The notes below the pieces were generated by a model. The model saw only the letters and a list, made by a program, of their open reading frames with translations. It was not told the origin of the DNA and did no database searches. A program made the translations under genes and the position numbers. Positions 31,902-43,900 of a stretch of DNA of 64,000 bases are shown piece after piece; positions within the stretch are counted from its first letter, which is position 1; each line of letters begins with the position of its first letter. The stretch is from Myxococcales bacterium (lineage in GTDB: Bacteria > Myxococcota_A > Polyangia > Polyangiales > DASUME01): NCBI GenBank assembly GCA_047601445.1, contig JASGJH010000001.1, positions 384,001 through 448,000 of the forward strand, in the 5' to 3' direction.

Positions 31902-33584
31902 ATGCTTCGTTCGGCACTTTTGGCGCTGCTTCTGTGTTGCCTGGCGGTACCTGCTCAGGCCTGGACTCGGGCCCACGTGCGCGAGGTGGACGTGGCGATT
32001 GCCCACCAAGATGCCTCCGCGTGGGTGGTGGACCTGACGCTGGGCGTCGAGGTCGGGGGCGGCTGGCTCGAGCGCCTGGAGTTGCCGGGGCTCGCGGGCT
32101 TGCCAGCGGAGACCGAGCAGGTGGACGCCTGGTGGGAGACCGAAGCGGGGGACGAGGTGCGGCCCGAGGTGCGCGTGCGCGAGGCACAGCTCGAGCTGCG
32201 CTTCACGCGTGCGAGCGCGCCACGCCGGGGAGTTCACCGCCTGCGGGTTCGCTACACGCTGGCGGCCGGGGCCGGGGCGCTGATGCCCGAGGCGCCGAGC
32301 TACGAGGCCGAGGGGGCCCAGACGCTGGCCTGGACCCTGCCGGGCTGGGAGAGCGGCCTGACCCACGCCAAGGTGCGCTGGCTCGTGCCCAAGGGCACCC
32401 ACGCCACGCGAGATGCCGCTTCGGCGCAGCAGATCAGCGAGCGGGCGGTCGAAGGGAATCGGCGAGAGATCAGCTTCGAGCGCGTTCATGTGCCGCGTGA
32501 GTCCCCGTGGCGGGTAGCGGTGGTGATTCCGGGAGCAACCCTTGGAGATTCACCGTCGATGACGAAGCAATCGGTCCGCGACCCGCTGGCGGATCTCCGT
32601 GCGCGCTGGCCGTTCGGGCTGGCCACGCTCGGCGTGGGGCTGCTTTCGTGGGCAGGACGTCGCCGCGCTCGGGCCTGGGCGGCGCGCGAGGGCGCAGCTG
32701 CAGAGGCCTGGTGGTCGCGCCCCCTCGGACGAGCTTTGGGTTCGCGTGCGAACCTCCATGTCGGCGCAGCGCAGCTGCTGCTTGCGGGGCTTACGGTGGT
32801 GCTCGGCGAGCAGGCCCTCGGGCCGGCCCTGGTGTGCGTGGTCGTGATGACGTTGCTGGCGGTGGAGAGCGTGGTGCCAGCGCCGGCAGCTCGCAGCGAG
32901 GGACACTTCGGCCACTTCGAGGCGATTTCAGGGCGCGCGCTCGCGGATGCGCGTCGCGGGCGCTGGCGCGAGCGTTTTGGGCCAGGTGCCGTACTGGACG
33001 CGGGGAGCGTGTTCGGCGGGCTCGCCCTGGGCGCGTGCGCGGTGGCGGCGTGGTTCGGAGCGCAGACGTCGATCCATGGCCAGCGCGCGGCGTGGGCGCT
33101 GGTGATGGCGTGCGGCGTGATCCCGCTGCTGGCTGGAGCGCGTGTGCGGCTGCCGCGCTCGTTGAACGAGCGTGTCGTGAGCTTGGCCGTCGAAGCCGCC
33201 AAACTAGAGCTGATGGGCGTGGGCTTGCGCTTGATTTGGCGCAAGACGAGCGAGGATCGCCGCAGTGAGCCGCGCCTGCGCGTGGTGCCTGCGCGTCCGC
33301 ACCAGGGACTCTTGCGCATCGACGTGATGGCGGACTCACGTCCCTCGAATCCGAGCCTGGTGCTGTGCGTGGTGGTGCTCTCCGACTCGAGCGCGGCGCG
33401 CGCTTTGGCGAACGCCTGGTCGGGCGCCGCGAACGTGCAGAGCGGCGCCGGAAAGCGTACCGCCTATGTCGTGCCTTGCGCGGATCTCGCGCGCGACCTC
33501 GAGGGCTTGCTCGGAGTGCTCGCGGAGTACGAGCGGCGCGCCGTGGAGAGCCTCGCTACGGATCGAGCGCGCGAAGCGGCCTAG
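31902..33584 (+). CDS. Hypothetical membrane protein (signal peptide, beta-rich ectodomain, several TM helices)
   Basis: 560 aa; AQA-W signal peptide; hydrophobic segments in the middle third. Confidence 0.75.
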   Translation: MLRSALLALLLCCLAVPAQAWTRAHVREVDVAIAHQDASAWVVDLTLGVEVGGGWLERLELPGLAGLPAETEQVDAWWETEAGDEVRPEVRVREAQLELRFTRASAPRRGVHRLRVRYTLAAGAGALMPEAPSYEAEGAQTLAWTLPGWESGLTHAKVRWLVPKGTHATRDAASAQQISERAVEGNRREISFERVHVPRESPWRVAVVIPGATLGDSPSMTKQSVRDPLADLRARWPFGLATLGVGLLSWAGRRRARAWAAREGAAAEAWWSRPLGRALGSRANLHVGAAQLLLAGLTVVLGEQALGPALVCVVVMTLLAVESVVPAPAARSEGHFGHFEAISGRALADARRGRWRERFGPGAVLDAGSVFGGLALGACAVAAWFGAQTSIHGQRAAWALVMACGVIPLLAGARVRLPRSLNERVVSLAVEAAKLELMGVGLRLIWRKTSEDRRSEPRLRVVPARPHQGLLRIDVMADSRPSNPSLVLCVVVLSDSSAARALANAWSGAANVQSGAGKRTAYVVPCADLARDLEGLLGVLAEYERRAVESLATDRAREAA

Positions 33585-33599
33585 AGGTGTCCGCGAGGC

Positions 33600-34523
33600 T
33601 CAGCCGACGCTTAGCCATGTGGGCATGAACAACAACAGAAACCAGGCCAAGGTTACGTAACCCAGCAGGCGCCGCGTGGGCGTGAGTTCGCTGGGCTCGG
33701 TCGGCGGATGCTGATCTCCGTTCATGCGCGTCATGATGGCGAGGATCACTCCCCACAGCATCCAGTTGGCGCCACCCATCAGTGCCACCTCGAGTTGCTC
33801 TGCGGACGCGTTTTGAGACCACGCGTACAGGCCTTTGCCACAGCTGATGGCCAGGCCCACGAGGAACAATCCCCGCCGCACGTAGCGCGAGTAGGTATCC
33901 TGCTTGGGCCCCAACAGTGCGTAGGCCACGTGACCTCCGTCGAGCTGCCCCGCGGGCACCAGGTTCATCATGGTGACGAGCAGCCCGACCCAGCCCGCGA
34001 AGGCGGTCGGTGAGAGAAAGATGTCCTGGCCGGCGGGGATGGGACCCTTGAGAAGCCAGAGTAAACCTTCGTAGAACAGTGAGTGGCCTTCGGCGGTGCC
34101 TCCGGCGACGAGCGGGGCGACCTCGGAGTGCACGATGCCGTACACGAGGATGGGGATCGCCACCGTCAGCCCCGCGAGCGGACCCGCTGCTCCGATGTCG
34201 AGCAACGCGTTGCGCTGGCGAATGGGGGCGCGCATCTGGATCACGGCGCCCATCGTGCCGATCAGTGTGAACGGCAAGGGCAGGGGGATGAAGAAGGGGG
34301 GCGAGACATCGACCCCGTGGATCCGCGCGGCGACATAGTGGCCCATCTCGTGGCAAAGCAGGATGGTCATCAAGGGCAATGCAAACGCATAGCCCCGCCA
34401 GAGCTCGAACGGGTCCGAGATGCCCTGCTGCAAGGCGCCCGCGTAGAGTGTGGAGCCGAGGGTCAGCACGAGCAGCACGGCGGCTCGTCGGAAGTCACGG
34501 CGTGCACGTGTGGGGTCGCTCAT
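33600..34523 (-). CDS. Site-2 protease (M50) family intramembrane metalloprotease
   Basis: Motifs HEMGH, IGAAGPLAG and NLVPAGQLDGGH. Confidence 0.95.
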   Translation of the reverse strand: MSDPTRARRDFRRAAVLLVLTLGSTLYAGALQQGISDPFELWRGYAFALPLMTILLCHEMGHYVAARIHGVDVSPPFFIPLPLPFTLIGTMGAVIQMRAPIRQRNALLDIGAAGPLAGLTVAIPILVYGIVHSEVAPLVAGGTAEGHSLFYEGLLWLLKGPIPAGQDIFLSPTAFAGWVGLLVTMMNLVPAGQLDGGHVAYALLGPKQDTYSRYVRRGLFLVGLAISCGKGLYAWSQNASAEQLEVALMGGANWMLWGVILAIMTRMNGDQHPPTEPSELTPTRRLLGYVTLAWFLLLFMPTWLSVG

Positions 34524-34840
34524 CGATCGGGTGCTCCCACGAGGCGCTCCATCAGCGCCTGCAGCGTGAGCTCTTCCGAGCGCTGCACCTCCGCGGCTTG
34601 CGAGTCGATGCGACACCCTCCGCGCGCGATGGAGGGATCGACGGTGATCTCGAGCATGGAGCCCCGCGCGCTAGAGAGGGTGGGCACGCGCAGCTCGCCG
34701 CGCTGCTCGAGGTCGGCGGGATGCACCCTCAGGGTCAACACGGGCGGGGGAGCCTGCTCGGGCTGACGTGAGAGCAGGTCGCGCACGCTCGGAGCCGCCT
34801 GGGCGCTGGGTGCCTCAACCTTCGGGAGTCTGCGCAGCAT
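34520..34840 (-). CDS. Short FliH/SctL C-terminal-domain protein
   Basis: LRVHPADL...VDPSIARGGCRIDS; ATGA overlap with the S2P gene. Confidence 0.65.
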   Translation of the reverse strand: MLRRLPKVEAPSAQAAPSVRDLLSRQPEQAPPPVLTLRVHPADLEQRGELRVPTLSSARGSMLEITVDPSIARGGCRIDSQAAEVQRSEELTLQALMERLVGAPDR

Positions 34841-35222
34841 GGTCGTGGAGTTCCCTCGCTTCTCGTCGTGCCCAGTACAGCAAGGTTTGAACGAGCTCTG
34901 GTTCCGCACTGTAGTCCGTCCGGGCTTCGCTCGCGCCGTCCAGCAAGCGGCGTCCCGCCGCGCGTGGGACGTGGCGAGCGAGCAGCGCTCGGGCGCGCAC
35001 GGGTAAATCCTCGAGCCTGTGTGGTTCGGCGCGGACTTCGTCGACCAGGTCGCGCACGAGACGCCGCTTGGCCTCGGCTGTCTCGCCGCCAGCATCGAGC
35101 GAGCGAAGCCGCGCGCACGCCTGCTGGCGCAGCTCGGGCAATAGTGCCACCTGCTCGAGTGCGCGATCTCCCCACAACAAGCCGGCGAGGACAAGACCCG
35201 CGCTTTTTCGCTCGCTCCACAC
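34815..35222 (-). CDS. Hypothetical helical protein
   Basis: 135 aa, GC3-rich; overlaps the FliH-like ORF by 26 nt. Confidence 0.65.
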   Translation of the reverse strand: MWSERKSAGLVLAGLLWGDRALEQVALLPELRQQACARLRSLDAGGETAEAKRRLVRDLVDEVRAEPHRLEDLPVRARALLARHVPRAAGRRLLDGASEARTDYSAEPELVQTLLYWARREARELHDHAAQTPEG

Positions 35223-35310
35223 GGAGACATCCTTAGCACGGCGGTTTTCGGCCGGGGCTTGCTAGACTCTCGCGGCGCCGCCGTCTGCGCGCCCAGGTCT
35301 GTTCCACACC

Positions 35311-36312
35311 ATGAGCCAAGCCGTTCGCATCACGTTCGTCCGTCACGGAGAGTCCCTGTCCAATCACGCCCAGAGGTGGCAAGGACAAGGCGACTCACCC
35401 CTCTCGGAGTTGGGCCGCAAGCAGGCCCGCGCACTGGGGCAAAGGCTCGCGGGACGCCGCTTCGATCGCGTGGTCGCTTCGGACCTCGCGCGTGCGGTCG
35501 ACACGGCTCGCGCCACCGGGTTTGCATTCGAGCAGGAGCGCGCGCTTCGGGAGTTCGATGTCGGCGTCTGGGAAGGGCTGACCCGCGACGAGGTCGCGAC
35601 GCGCTATCCGGAGGAGATCGCTCGTCTCAAGGCCGGTGAGGATCTTCCGCTGGGCGGCGGTGAGTCTTTCGCGACGTTCTCGCTGCGCGTGGACGCAGCG
35701 TTGGCGAGGCTGCGCGACGCGCTGGAGCCTGGTCAGCACGCCCTCGTGGTCTGTCATGGAGGTGTCATCGGCGCGGCGCTCTCGGGTCTGTTGGGCTTGC
35801 GCGGTGGCCGTCGGTTCCCCCTCGCCAGTGCCAGCAACACGTCCATCAGTGAGGTGGTGCTCAGCGGGGAGCGCCGCGATCAGGTGCTGCTGCGGGTGTT
35901 CAACGACGCGCGCCACATCGCCGAGCTCACGCGCTGGCCTACCTTCGAGATCAAGCACGGTTGCATGGCCCTCGTGTGCGACGGTCCGCCTGCTTCGGCC
36001 TTCGGCCGCTTCGAGGCGCACTACGATGCCCACGGCAGCTTGCTCGAGCTGTCACCCGACGAACAGCGCGAGGTCCCCGCGTTGCGTCTGCGCAGCGTGA
36101 TGAGCGCGCTCGGACAGCGTCATCCCGAGCAGCGTGTCTCGGTCTCGGCGCCCGCCGACGTGATCCACAGCTGGGCGTCCAGCGCGCTTTGGCCCGAACC
36201 ACCGAGCTCGGTGCGCCTCGACCCGCCGCGCAGCGGCCAGCTGTGCCACGTGGGCAGCTGGGGAGAGGGGCCGGTGCTGCAGGACTACGGGGTGTCTCTC
36301 GCGGACGACTAA
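35311..36312 (+). CDS. Histidine phosphatase family protein with C-terminal extension
   Basis: Motifs VRHGES, SDLARA, LREFDVGVWEG, GGES and VCHGG. Confidence 0.92.
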   Translation: MSQAVRITFVRHGESLSNHAQRWQGQGDSPLSELGRKQARALGQRLAGRRFDRVVASDLARAVDTARATGFAFEQERALREFDVGVWEGLTRDEVATRYPEEIARLKAGEDLPLGGGESFATFSLRVDAALARLRDALEPGQHALVVCHGGVIGAALSGLLGLRGGRRFPLASASNTSISEVVLSGERRDQVLLRVFNDARHIAELTRWPTFEIKHGCMALVCDGPPASAFGRFEAHYDAHGSLLELSPDEQREVPALRLRSVMSALGQRHPEQRVSVSAPADVIHSWASSALWPEPPSSVRLDPPRSGQLCHVGSWGEGPVLQDYGVSLADD

Positions 36313-37121
36313 GAGGTGAGGGCCGCGCTCAGGCCTTCGAAGTCGTCCACATGTACCCAGTGGCCGGCCTGCGGCAAGACGTGCAACCGGAACTGTTTAG
36401 GATGGCTGGCTGCCAGTCGCTCGAAGCGCGCGCGGTCCTCGGCGCGCCACACCGCCGAACGACCACCGATGACGACGTCGACGCGCGCTTGCGAGCCTTC
36501 GATGACCGGCCACAGGTCGAGGCTGAAGTAGTCGCTCAAGAGTTCACGGATGCCTCGCGTGTCGAGCCGCAATCGAAAGCCCTCGCTGGTGCGTTCCAGG
36601 TTCATCCCCAGCCATTCGGCGATGGGGCGGGACTGGCCCTCGGCTACGACACGTTCCAGAAACATTTCGCGGGTGGCGAACGGGCCCGGTAACCGCTCGA
36701 GCAGGGACAGGATCTCGTAGGTCTGTTCCGAGCCGTAGGCGTTTTCGCGGGCGCCGGGCATGCTGTCGAGCAGCATCACGCGCTCGAGGTCCGGACGCTG
36801 GGCGTGGAAGGCCAGGGCCACCTTGCCGCCGAAGCTATGGCCCAGCACCTGAGTGACCGGCGTGGGCAATCCTTCGATCAGCCGGACCAGGTCGTCTGCA
36901 CAGGCTTGCACCGAATGCGGCTCCGGGAAGTTCTGGGAGCGACCGTGCAGACGCAGGTCCACCAGCACGGCCGAGAGTCCGGGGTCTGCTTGGACCAGAC
37001 GCTGCGCCAGACTTCGCAGGTTACTACCACTGCCGAGGATGCCATGGAGGATGAGGACTGAATGACTCGCCTCGGTGTCCTTGGGACGAACCAAGCTGGT
37101 GTTCAACGCAGGGACGAACAT
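36309..37121 (-). CDS. Alpha/beta hydrolase (YbfF-like esterase)
   Basis: Motifs LHGILG, DLRLHG, GHSFGG and AGHWVHVD. Confidence 0.92.
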   Translation of the reverse strand: MFVPALNTSLVRPKDTEASHSVLILHGILGSGSNLRSLAQRLVQADPGLSAVLVDLRLHGRSQNFPEPHSVQACADDLVRLIEGLPTPVTQVLGHSFGGKVALAFHAQRPDLERVMLLDSMPGARENAYGSEQTYEILSLLERLPGPFATREMFLERVVAEGQSRPIAEWLGMNLERTSEGFRLRLDTRGIRELLSDYFSLDLWPVIEGSQARVDVVIGGRSAVWRAEDRARFERLAASHPKQFRLHVLPQAGHWVHVDDFEGLSAALTS

Positions 37122-37459
37122 CTGGCGCGGAACCTAACCTCAAGCTGTGGACCCTGACAGCAGACTGAGTGAAATGCCTCACTTGGGGTGGCCGGAAGCG
37201 TGGCGTTGCGGTCACAACCACAGCTCGGAGGGGTAGCAGTAGCCTATTTTGTTCGGGTGGATGTGGGAAACGTCTTGACATGCCCTCCAGGATTGAGAAG
37301 GTAAGGGGCCCGTGAGCGAGCACTGCTCCGGAGGCTCGCTTGGTCTACGACCGATGGTTAGAGGCGTAGGACTCAGCGGGTTGACGGTTTCGCAGCGTGA
37401 GCTTGCCGGGGGGGCAGCAGGCAGCCGGCGCGCGACGCCGCAAGCGGAGAGACGACGGT

Positions 37460-37666
37460 ATGGCAGTTGGAACGGTCAAGTGGTTCAACGATGCGAAGGG
37501 CTACGGCTTTATTCGGCCAGAGAGCGGGGGCCCCGATGTCTTCGTGCACTATCAGCAGATCGTAGGTGACGGCTTCAAGACCCTCGAAGAGGGGCAGACC
37601 GTGGAGTTCGAGTTGAAGGAAGGCCCGAAGGGCATGCTCGCCGAGAAGGTCGCCAAGGTCAGCTGA
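37460..37666 (+). CDS. csp: Cold-shock protein (CspA family), second copy
   Basis: GTVKWFN, KGYGFI, DVFVHY; 49/68 residues identical to the first copy by hand alignment. Confidence 0.97.
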   Translation: MAVGTVKWFNDAKGYGFIRPESGGPDVFVHYQQIVGDGFKTLEEGQTVEFELKEGPKGMLAEKVAKVS

Positions 37667-37734
37667 AGTAACTCGAGCTTCGTCGGGCTCGACCTGGGCG
37701 GCTCGCTCCGCCAAAGGGTCCCGCCACGCGCTCC

Positions 37735-37772
37735 GAACGCCGCGCTCCGAAAGGACGCGGCGTTCTTCTTTG
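37735..37772 (+). terminator. Intrinsic terminator after the second csp
   Basis: GAACGCCGCG(C)TCC-GAAA-GGACGCGGCGTTC followed by TTCTTT. Confidence 0.85.
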
Positions 37773-37997
37773 ATTCACCCGAACCCGCTCGCGCTCCGAC
37801 GCGACGCCGAACCCCCACCCGCCAGCTACACGTGCTGGCAGTGGGAGAGGGTAGGCGCGTAGCGCGAAACTGCGGTGCCCGTCGCAGCGACCTGCATGTA
37901 CGCATCACCAACGCGAGATAGTCCGCGTGCGCGTGCTGATATGCTCGTAGGTCCAAATTCCCTGGCTGCGCCGCCGCGCTGAGTGTGTCCACGCAAC

Positions 37998-40900
37998 ATG
38001 ACGAACCATCACAAGGAAACGGGTTTTTCTTCGCTGCTTGCCGATGTTCGCAAGCGCCCTGATGATCTTGCCGGTTGGGATGAGCTCGAAGCGTATGCGG
38101 CTTCCGAGCAGACTCCCGAGCCCGTGGCAGAAGCGTACGCGGAGATCCTCGCGCGCGATTTGCCGCTGGCCGTGGCGAAACGCCTGGGCGAGCACGCGCT
38201 GCGCTTCTGTGAGGAATGGTTCGCCGACGAAACACCGCTGATGCAGGCGGTGCTGCTGCGCGTGTTCGATCGCGACCCCGCCGATGAAGCGGTGTTCGAC
38301 CGACTCTCGATGGGCCTGACAGCGACCGGGTCATGGGAGCGTCTGCTCGAGGTGTACGAGAAGGCGGTGGACGCGACCGATAGCCTCGAGCGCCGCATCC
38401 AGTTGCTCGACGACGCGGTGCGGGTGGCCAAGGACCTCGCGCACGACACCGATCGCGCCATCGTGTTCATGAAGCGCCTGGTGCCGCTACGCCCCAGTGA
38501 CAACGCGCTGCGTAGCGCACTGGAGCGCCTGTTGGAGCGCGGCGAGCGCTGGCGGGAGCTGATCGCACTCTGGGATTCAGGGACCCAGGGGGCATCGCCC
38601 GAGACCGCGGCGCGCATCAAGGTGCAGATTGCGTCGTGCTGGCTCGACCGCCTGAAGAACGCGCCGGCCGCGCTCGAGGTGCTGCGCAAGGTGCTGGAGA
38701 ACGGCCCGGGTCACGTGGATGCCCTGGCGTTGAGCGAGCGCTTGCTCGGGTCCGAGGACGCTTCGACCGGTACGCGCCGCGAGGTGCTCGACCTGCTGCG
38801 CAAGACCTTCCTGCGCGGCAACCGACCGCTCGACGTGGCCCGCGTGGTGCGCGCGAGCCTGAGCTTTGCGCAAGGGCAGGAGCGCGAGCAGCTGCACCGC
38901 GAGGCCGCCAAGTTGTGGCTCGAGCAGGGCGCGGGCAGCGAAGCGCTGAGCGACCTGGGCGAGCTGTTCGTGCTGCGTCCGGAAGACGAGCAGCTGGCCA
39001 GCGAGAGCGCGGAGCTCTCGAGCAAGCTGGGGGAGCAGGGCCGCTGGGTCGGCTACCTCGAGCGCGCGGCGCAACACACGTCGCAGCCCGTGCGCGCGGC
39101 CCAGCTGCGCTTGCGCGCGGCCACGCTGGCGCACGATCCGGTCGGCGACACCGAGCGGGCCATTGCGCTGTGCGAGCGGGTGTTCTTGGACGACGCGGAG
39201 TCGGGTCTGGCGCTCGACGCCGGGCGCGCGCTCGACGCATTGCTCGAGGCGAACGGCCGGCACGCTGCGCGGCTCTCGGTGCTGGAGCGACTGGCCCGGC
39301 TCGAGACCGACGTCGAGCGCCGTCGAGAGGTGCTCGGCGCGTTGGCTCGCCTCGCGAGCACGCAGGGTGCAGGCGCCCGGGCGGTGTCCACCTGGTTGAA
39401 GCGGCTCGAAGAAGACCCGCAAGACCGCGAGGCGCTGGACGGGTTGGTGGAGCTCTACGAGGGAAGCCAGGACTACCGCGCGTTGGTCGACGTGCTGCGG
39501 CGACGGGTCGCGCTCAAGGAAGGGGCTGCTGGCGGCCGTGATTTGGCGCGCATCGCCGAGGTTCACTCCGAAGCACTCGACGAGATCGAGTCGGCCCTGA
39601 AGGCATGGGGCGAGCTGCACTCCGTCGCGCCGGACCTGGTCGCTGCGCTCCACGTGGGGGACTTGCTGCAACGCGCCGCCACGCGTGAAGGCACCCGCAC
39701 TGCGCGCGTGCTGTGCGCCCTCGGTGACGCCTACCGCGTGCTGCTCGGGGAAGCCGAGCGCGCGCTGTTCTACTACGCGCGTGCGCTCGCCAGCGACGCT
39801 AGCTTGGCGGCGGCCCAGACGGGGCTCGGCGCGCTGCTGGAGAACGACGCAGTGCGAGCCGGGGCGGCGGATGCCCTGGCCGGTGCCTATGCTTCCACCG
39901 AGAACAGCGAAGGCTTGCTCTCGCTGTTGCCCCACCGCCTGTTCGGCGCCAGCACCCCGAGCGAACGCGCGCGTCTCTTGCGCCAGGCCGCGATGTTGGA
40001 GGAGCGCAAGGAGCAGAGTGCCCGGGCCTTTGCACACTTGTGCGCGGCCCTGGTCGAGGACCCGGAGTCCAGCGCGAACGACTCCGACTTGCGCCGTTTG
40101 GCCCAACAGGAGGCCGGCTGGCAGGCGTTGGCCGATGCCGCGCTTTCGGCCTCCGGCAAGCTCGCTGCCGAGAGCCCGCGAGTGGCGCAGCTGCGTGCCC
40201 TGGAGGGTGAGATTGCGGAACGCGCACTCGATGACTCGGGGCGCGCGCTGGAAGCGTACTCGAGCGCCCTTCGCGTGTCGCCGACCGACACCAGCCTGGC
40301 GCGCACGGTCGTCCGCGTCGGCGCGGCGCGCGGCGAGTACAAGCTGGCATTCGAGGTGGTGCTCGCGGCCGCCCAGAAGGCCGATCAAGTTCCCGATGAG
40401 CTACTCGCGTTGATCGAAGCTCAAGTCGAGGGCGAAACAGCCTACCGCGGCCTGACGCGGGCGGCCGAGGAGTCCCTCGAGTCGGCGCGGCTGAATGCGC
40501 CCGTGAAGCGCGAGCTCGCGACACGCATCGCCGGCTGGCAAGAGAAGCACTGTCAGGACCTCGAGGCAGCACAGAGCCTGCTCCAGAAGGCCTATCAGTT
40601 GGGGGCTCCGCACGCGGAGACCTTGCGCCGCCTGATCACCGTGCAACGGCGCGAGCCGGGCCAGGCCCTGTTCGGATCGCTGATGGCGTTGGCCGAGCTC
40701 TCGCAGGAAGAGTTCGCGGCGCTGATCGAAGCGCAGGAGCTGGCGCGCGACGTCTTGCGCGACGGCGACCTCGAGCGGCGCGTCCTGGGGCTCACCTTCC
40801 GCCGCAGCGCCACGGCGCTCCTGCAGGGACAGAAGCAGGTCGCCGGGCTCTCGCTGGAGCAGCTCGCCAACGGCTCCGCCCTGCGCATCGCGGAGCTTTC

Positions 40901-43900
40901 GGGCGAGGCTGGCGACGTGAAGACGCAGGTGCAGGTGTTGCGCGAAGCGTCCCAGCTGCCCATCGATTCGGCCTTCGCGCGCGAGCTGGCGGAGCGCGCC
41001 GCGGCCATTGCCTCGGCTCGGCTCGGCGACGCTACCCTCGCTGCTGCCCTCTATCAGCGCGCCCTCGAGCAGGCGCCGGACTCCACCGAACTCTTGGCTG
41101 CGCTCGCGGTCGAGTACGACAAGCTCGGCCGGCTCGAGGAGCTCCTGGTGCTGCGGCGCCGCGAGCTCGCGCTCACGAGCAGCGTGGCGCGACGCCTCGA
41201 GCTGCGCCTCGACATCGCCCGCGTGATGGCCGAGATCGAGGCAAGGGGAGGGCGCTTCGGGGCCCTGCGCGACAACCTACGCGACGCCCCCGGACACGAA
41301 CCTTCGCTGTTGGCCCTCGAGGCCGCGCTGCGTGAGCGTGGCGCCCTGCTCGATGTGCACGAGTTGTTCGCCTCGCAGGCGGCGCAGCTCGAAGGGCTGG
41401 GCGATTCGGCGCGTGCGGCGCAGTTGTGGTCGAGCGCAGCGCGACTCTCGGACCAGGAGCTCGGTCTCCCCGAAAAGGCCCTGTTCGCCTACCAGCGCGT
41501 CTGTGACCTCGCCGAGAACAACGACGCGCTCGACTCGCTCGCCCGCATCCGCCTGGCGCGCAACGAGCACGCGCAGGCGGTGCCGTGGTTGGCGCGACGC
41601 CTTGAGCGCATGACCGGTGACGAGCGCGTTGGGGGCGTGCTGCGCCTGGCGCGCGCGTATCAGCAGGCCGCCGATGCAGGGCGTGCCATCGATTGCCTCG
41701 TGCGCGGGGTCGGTGAGGCGCCGGATGCTTCGGAGCTGCGCGACCTCCTGTCCGATCTGTATCGTAAGACCGGCCGCGTCGGCGAGCTCGCCCCGCTTCT
41801 GGCCGAGAACGCGCTGCGGGCTACGGACAAGACCCAGGTGCTCGCCTGCGCACGTGAGGCGGCAGAGCTGTTCTGCGGCCCCTGCGGGCAGCCGGAACGC
41901 GCCGTAGCCGTGCTGTCACGCGCGGTCGAGATGGATCCCGAGGACCGGACCCTCAAGTGTCTGTACGCCGACGCGCTGGTGGCCGCGGGCCGACTGCCCG
42001 AAGCCCAGGCCGTGCTCGACGGCATGATCGCCGCGTTCGGTCGGCGCCGCTCGGTGGAGCGTGCCGAGGTCCACTTGCGGCTCTCGCGGGTGGCTCAGGC
42101 CGCAGGCAACCTGGAAGAAGCCCTGGCTCAACTGGACACGGCCTCCTCCATGGACCGCAGCCACACCGGGATCCTGCGGGCTCTCGGCGAGCTCTCGTAC
42201 GACTCGGGGCAGCTCGATCGCGCGGAACGCGCCTATCGAGCGTTGTTGATGGCGCTCAAGAAGCCGCAACCTGGGGTCGTGCCCGAGGTGGGTGTGGCCG
42301 AGGTCCTGTACCAGCTGCATCGCATCGCCGCGCAGCTGGAGCAGAGCGAGAAGGCCGCGGAGTTGCTCGAGAGCGCCGTGCAAACTGCGGTGCACAGCGA
42401 GGACGAGACCGCGCGGCTCAAGCAGTTGCTTGCCGGACGTGGTGATCCCGCGCTGCTCCTGCGCGTGCTCGAGCTTCGCCTGATCCAGGTGAGCGATCCC
42501 ATCGCCGAGGCGGCGGCGCGTAGCGACCTGGCCGACGTGCTCGAGCTCGTCCCGGAGCGCAAGGCGGAAGCTCTCGAGGAGCGCCTGCGCGCGCTCTCGT
42601 GTGCGCCGGATCATGACCCGCTCCATCGCAAGGCCCTCGCCCTGGCAGAAGCCGGCGGCGAAGTTCGCAAGTACGCCGAGGCGGTGCGCTCGCTCTACGA
42701 GCGCGCGCGTCGCAAGGAGGACCTGGGGCTCGCCAGTGATCTCGCCTTGCGCGCGGCTTCGGTGTACGAGCACGCGCTCGGTGACCTGACTGCCGCCGAG
42801 GCACAGTACAAGGTGGTGCGAGAGGACGCGCCGGGCTTCGTGGAAGCCCAGTTCTCCCTCGCGCGCGTGGCCGGCAAGCTCGGTCATGCCGACGAGGAGC
42901 GCGCGGTGCTCTCGCGCATCGTCGAGCTGCCCGAAGATCCAGCCCACGCCAACAGCAAGCGCAGCGCTCGCTACCGCCTGGCAGAGCTCTTGATCGAAGC
43001 ACCTTCCACGCGCGACGAGGGCTTCGACGTCCTGGTGGGCCTACTGAAGGAGATGCCCGACCACGCGCGGGCAGGCAGCATCTTGCAGGCGGCGTGCTCG
43101 CGCGATCCGAAGGACGTGCGCGCGCTCGAGCTGCTCGAGCAGAACGCCCGCAAGAGCGACGAACCCGGCCTCTTGCTGGACTTCGTGGAGCGTCACGCCA
43201 AGAGCCAGGAGCCTTCGCTGGGCTTGATTCGCGAAGGTGCGGAGCTCGCCCTGCGCATTCAGGAAAATGCTCGTGCGGAGGCCTTGCTGCGCCGGGCCAT
43301 CAAGCTCGCCGAGAAGGGCGAAGGCTTGATCGAGGCCCTGTGGGCACCGATCGCACTCGGGCGCCTGCGCAACCAACTCAACGACGTGGCCGGAGCCATC
43401 GACTGGCTCGAGCGCGCCATGAAGGCCAGCGACTCCTACGAGGCCTTCGAACTCGGGCTCGAGGTGGGCGCCCTGGCAGAGGGCCGCGGGAAGGATCCCG
43501 AGCGCGCCATCCGCATCTACGAGGCGCTGCGTGAGCGTGATCCGGCCGACCGCCGCGTGTGGAGTGCCTTGCTCGCGCTCTACAAGAAGGGGCGCAACCT
43601 GGACGGTGCCCTCGGCGTGGTGAGGACCACGCTGGAGGCGCTGATCGATCCGGCGGAGCGCAACGCGCTGCGCATGGAAACTGCCAAGCTGTTGCTCGAG
43701 AGCAACCGCGAGGACGACGGCCGTACGCTGTTGCAAGAGGTGTTGGGCGAGGACCCCGACAACGAAGAGGCGGCCCTGCTGCTGGCGGATCTCTACGAGC
43801 GCAACGGTGAAAACGAGGCCATGGCCGAACTGCTCGGGCGCAAGCTCGAGAGCGCGCGCGAGCGTCGCAGCCTCTCGCTGGTGCCCATCTCGCTGCGCAT

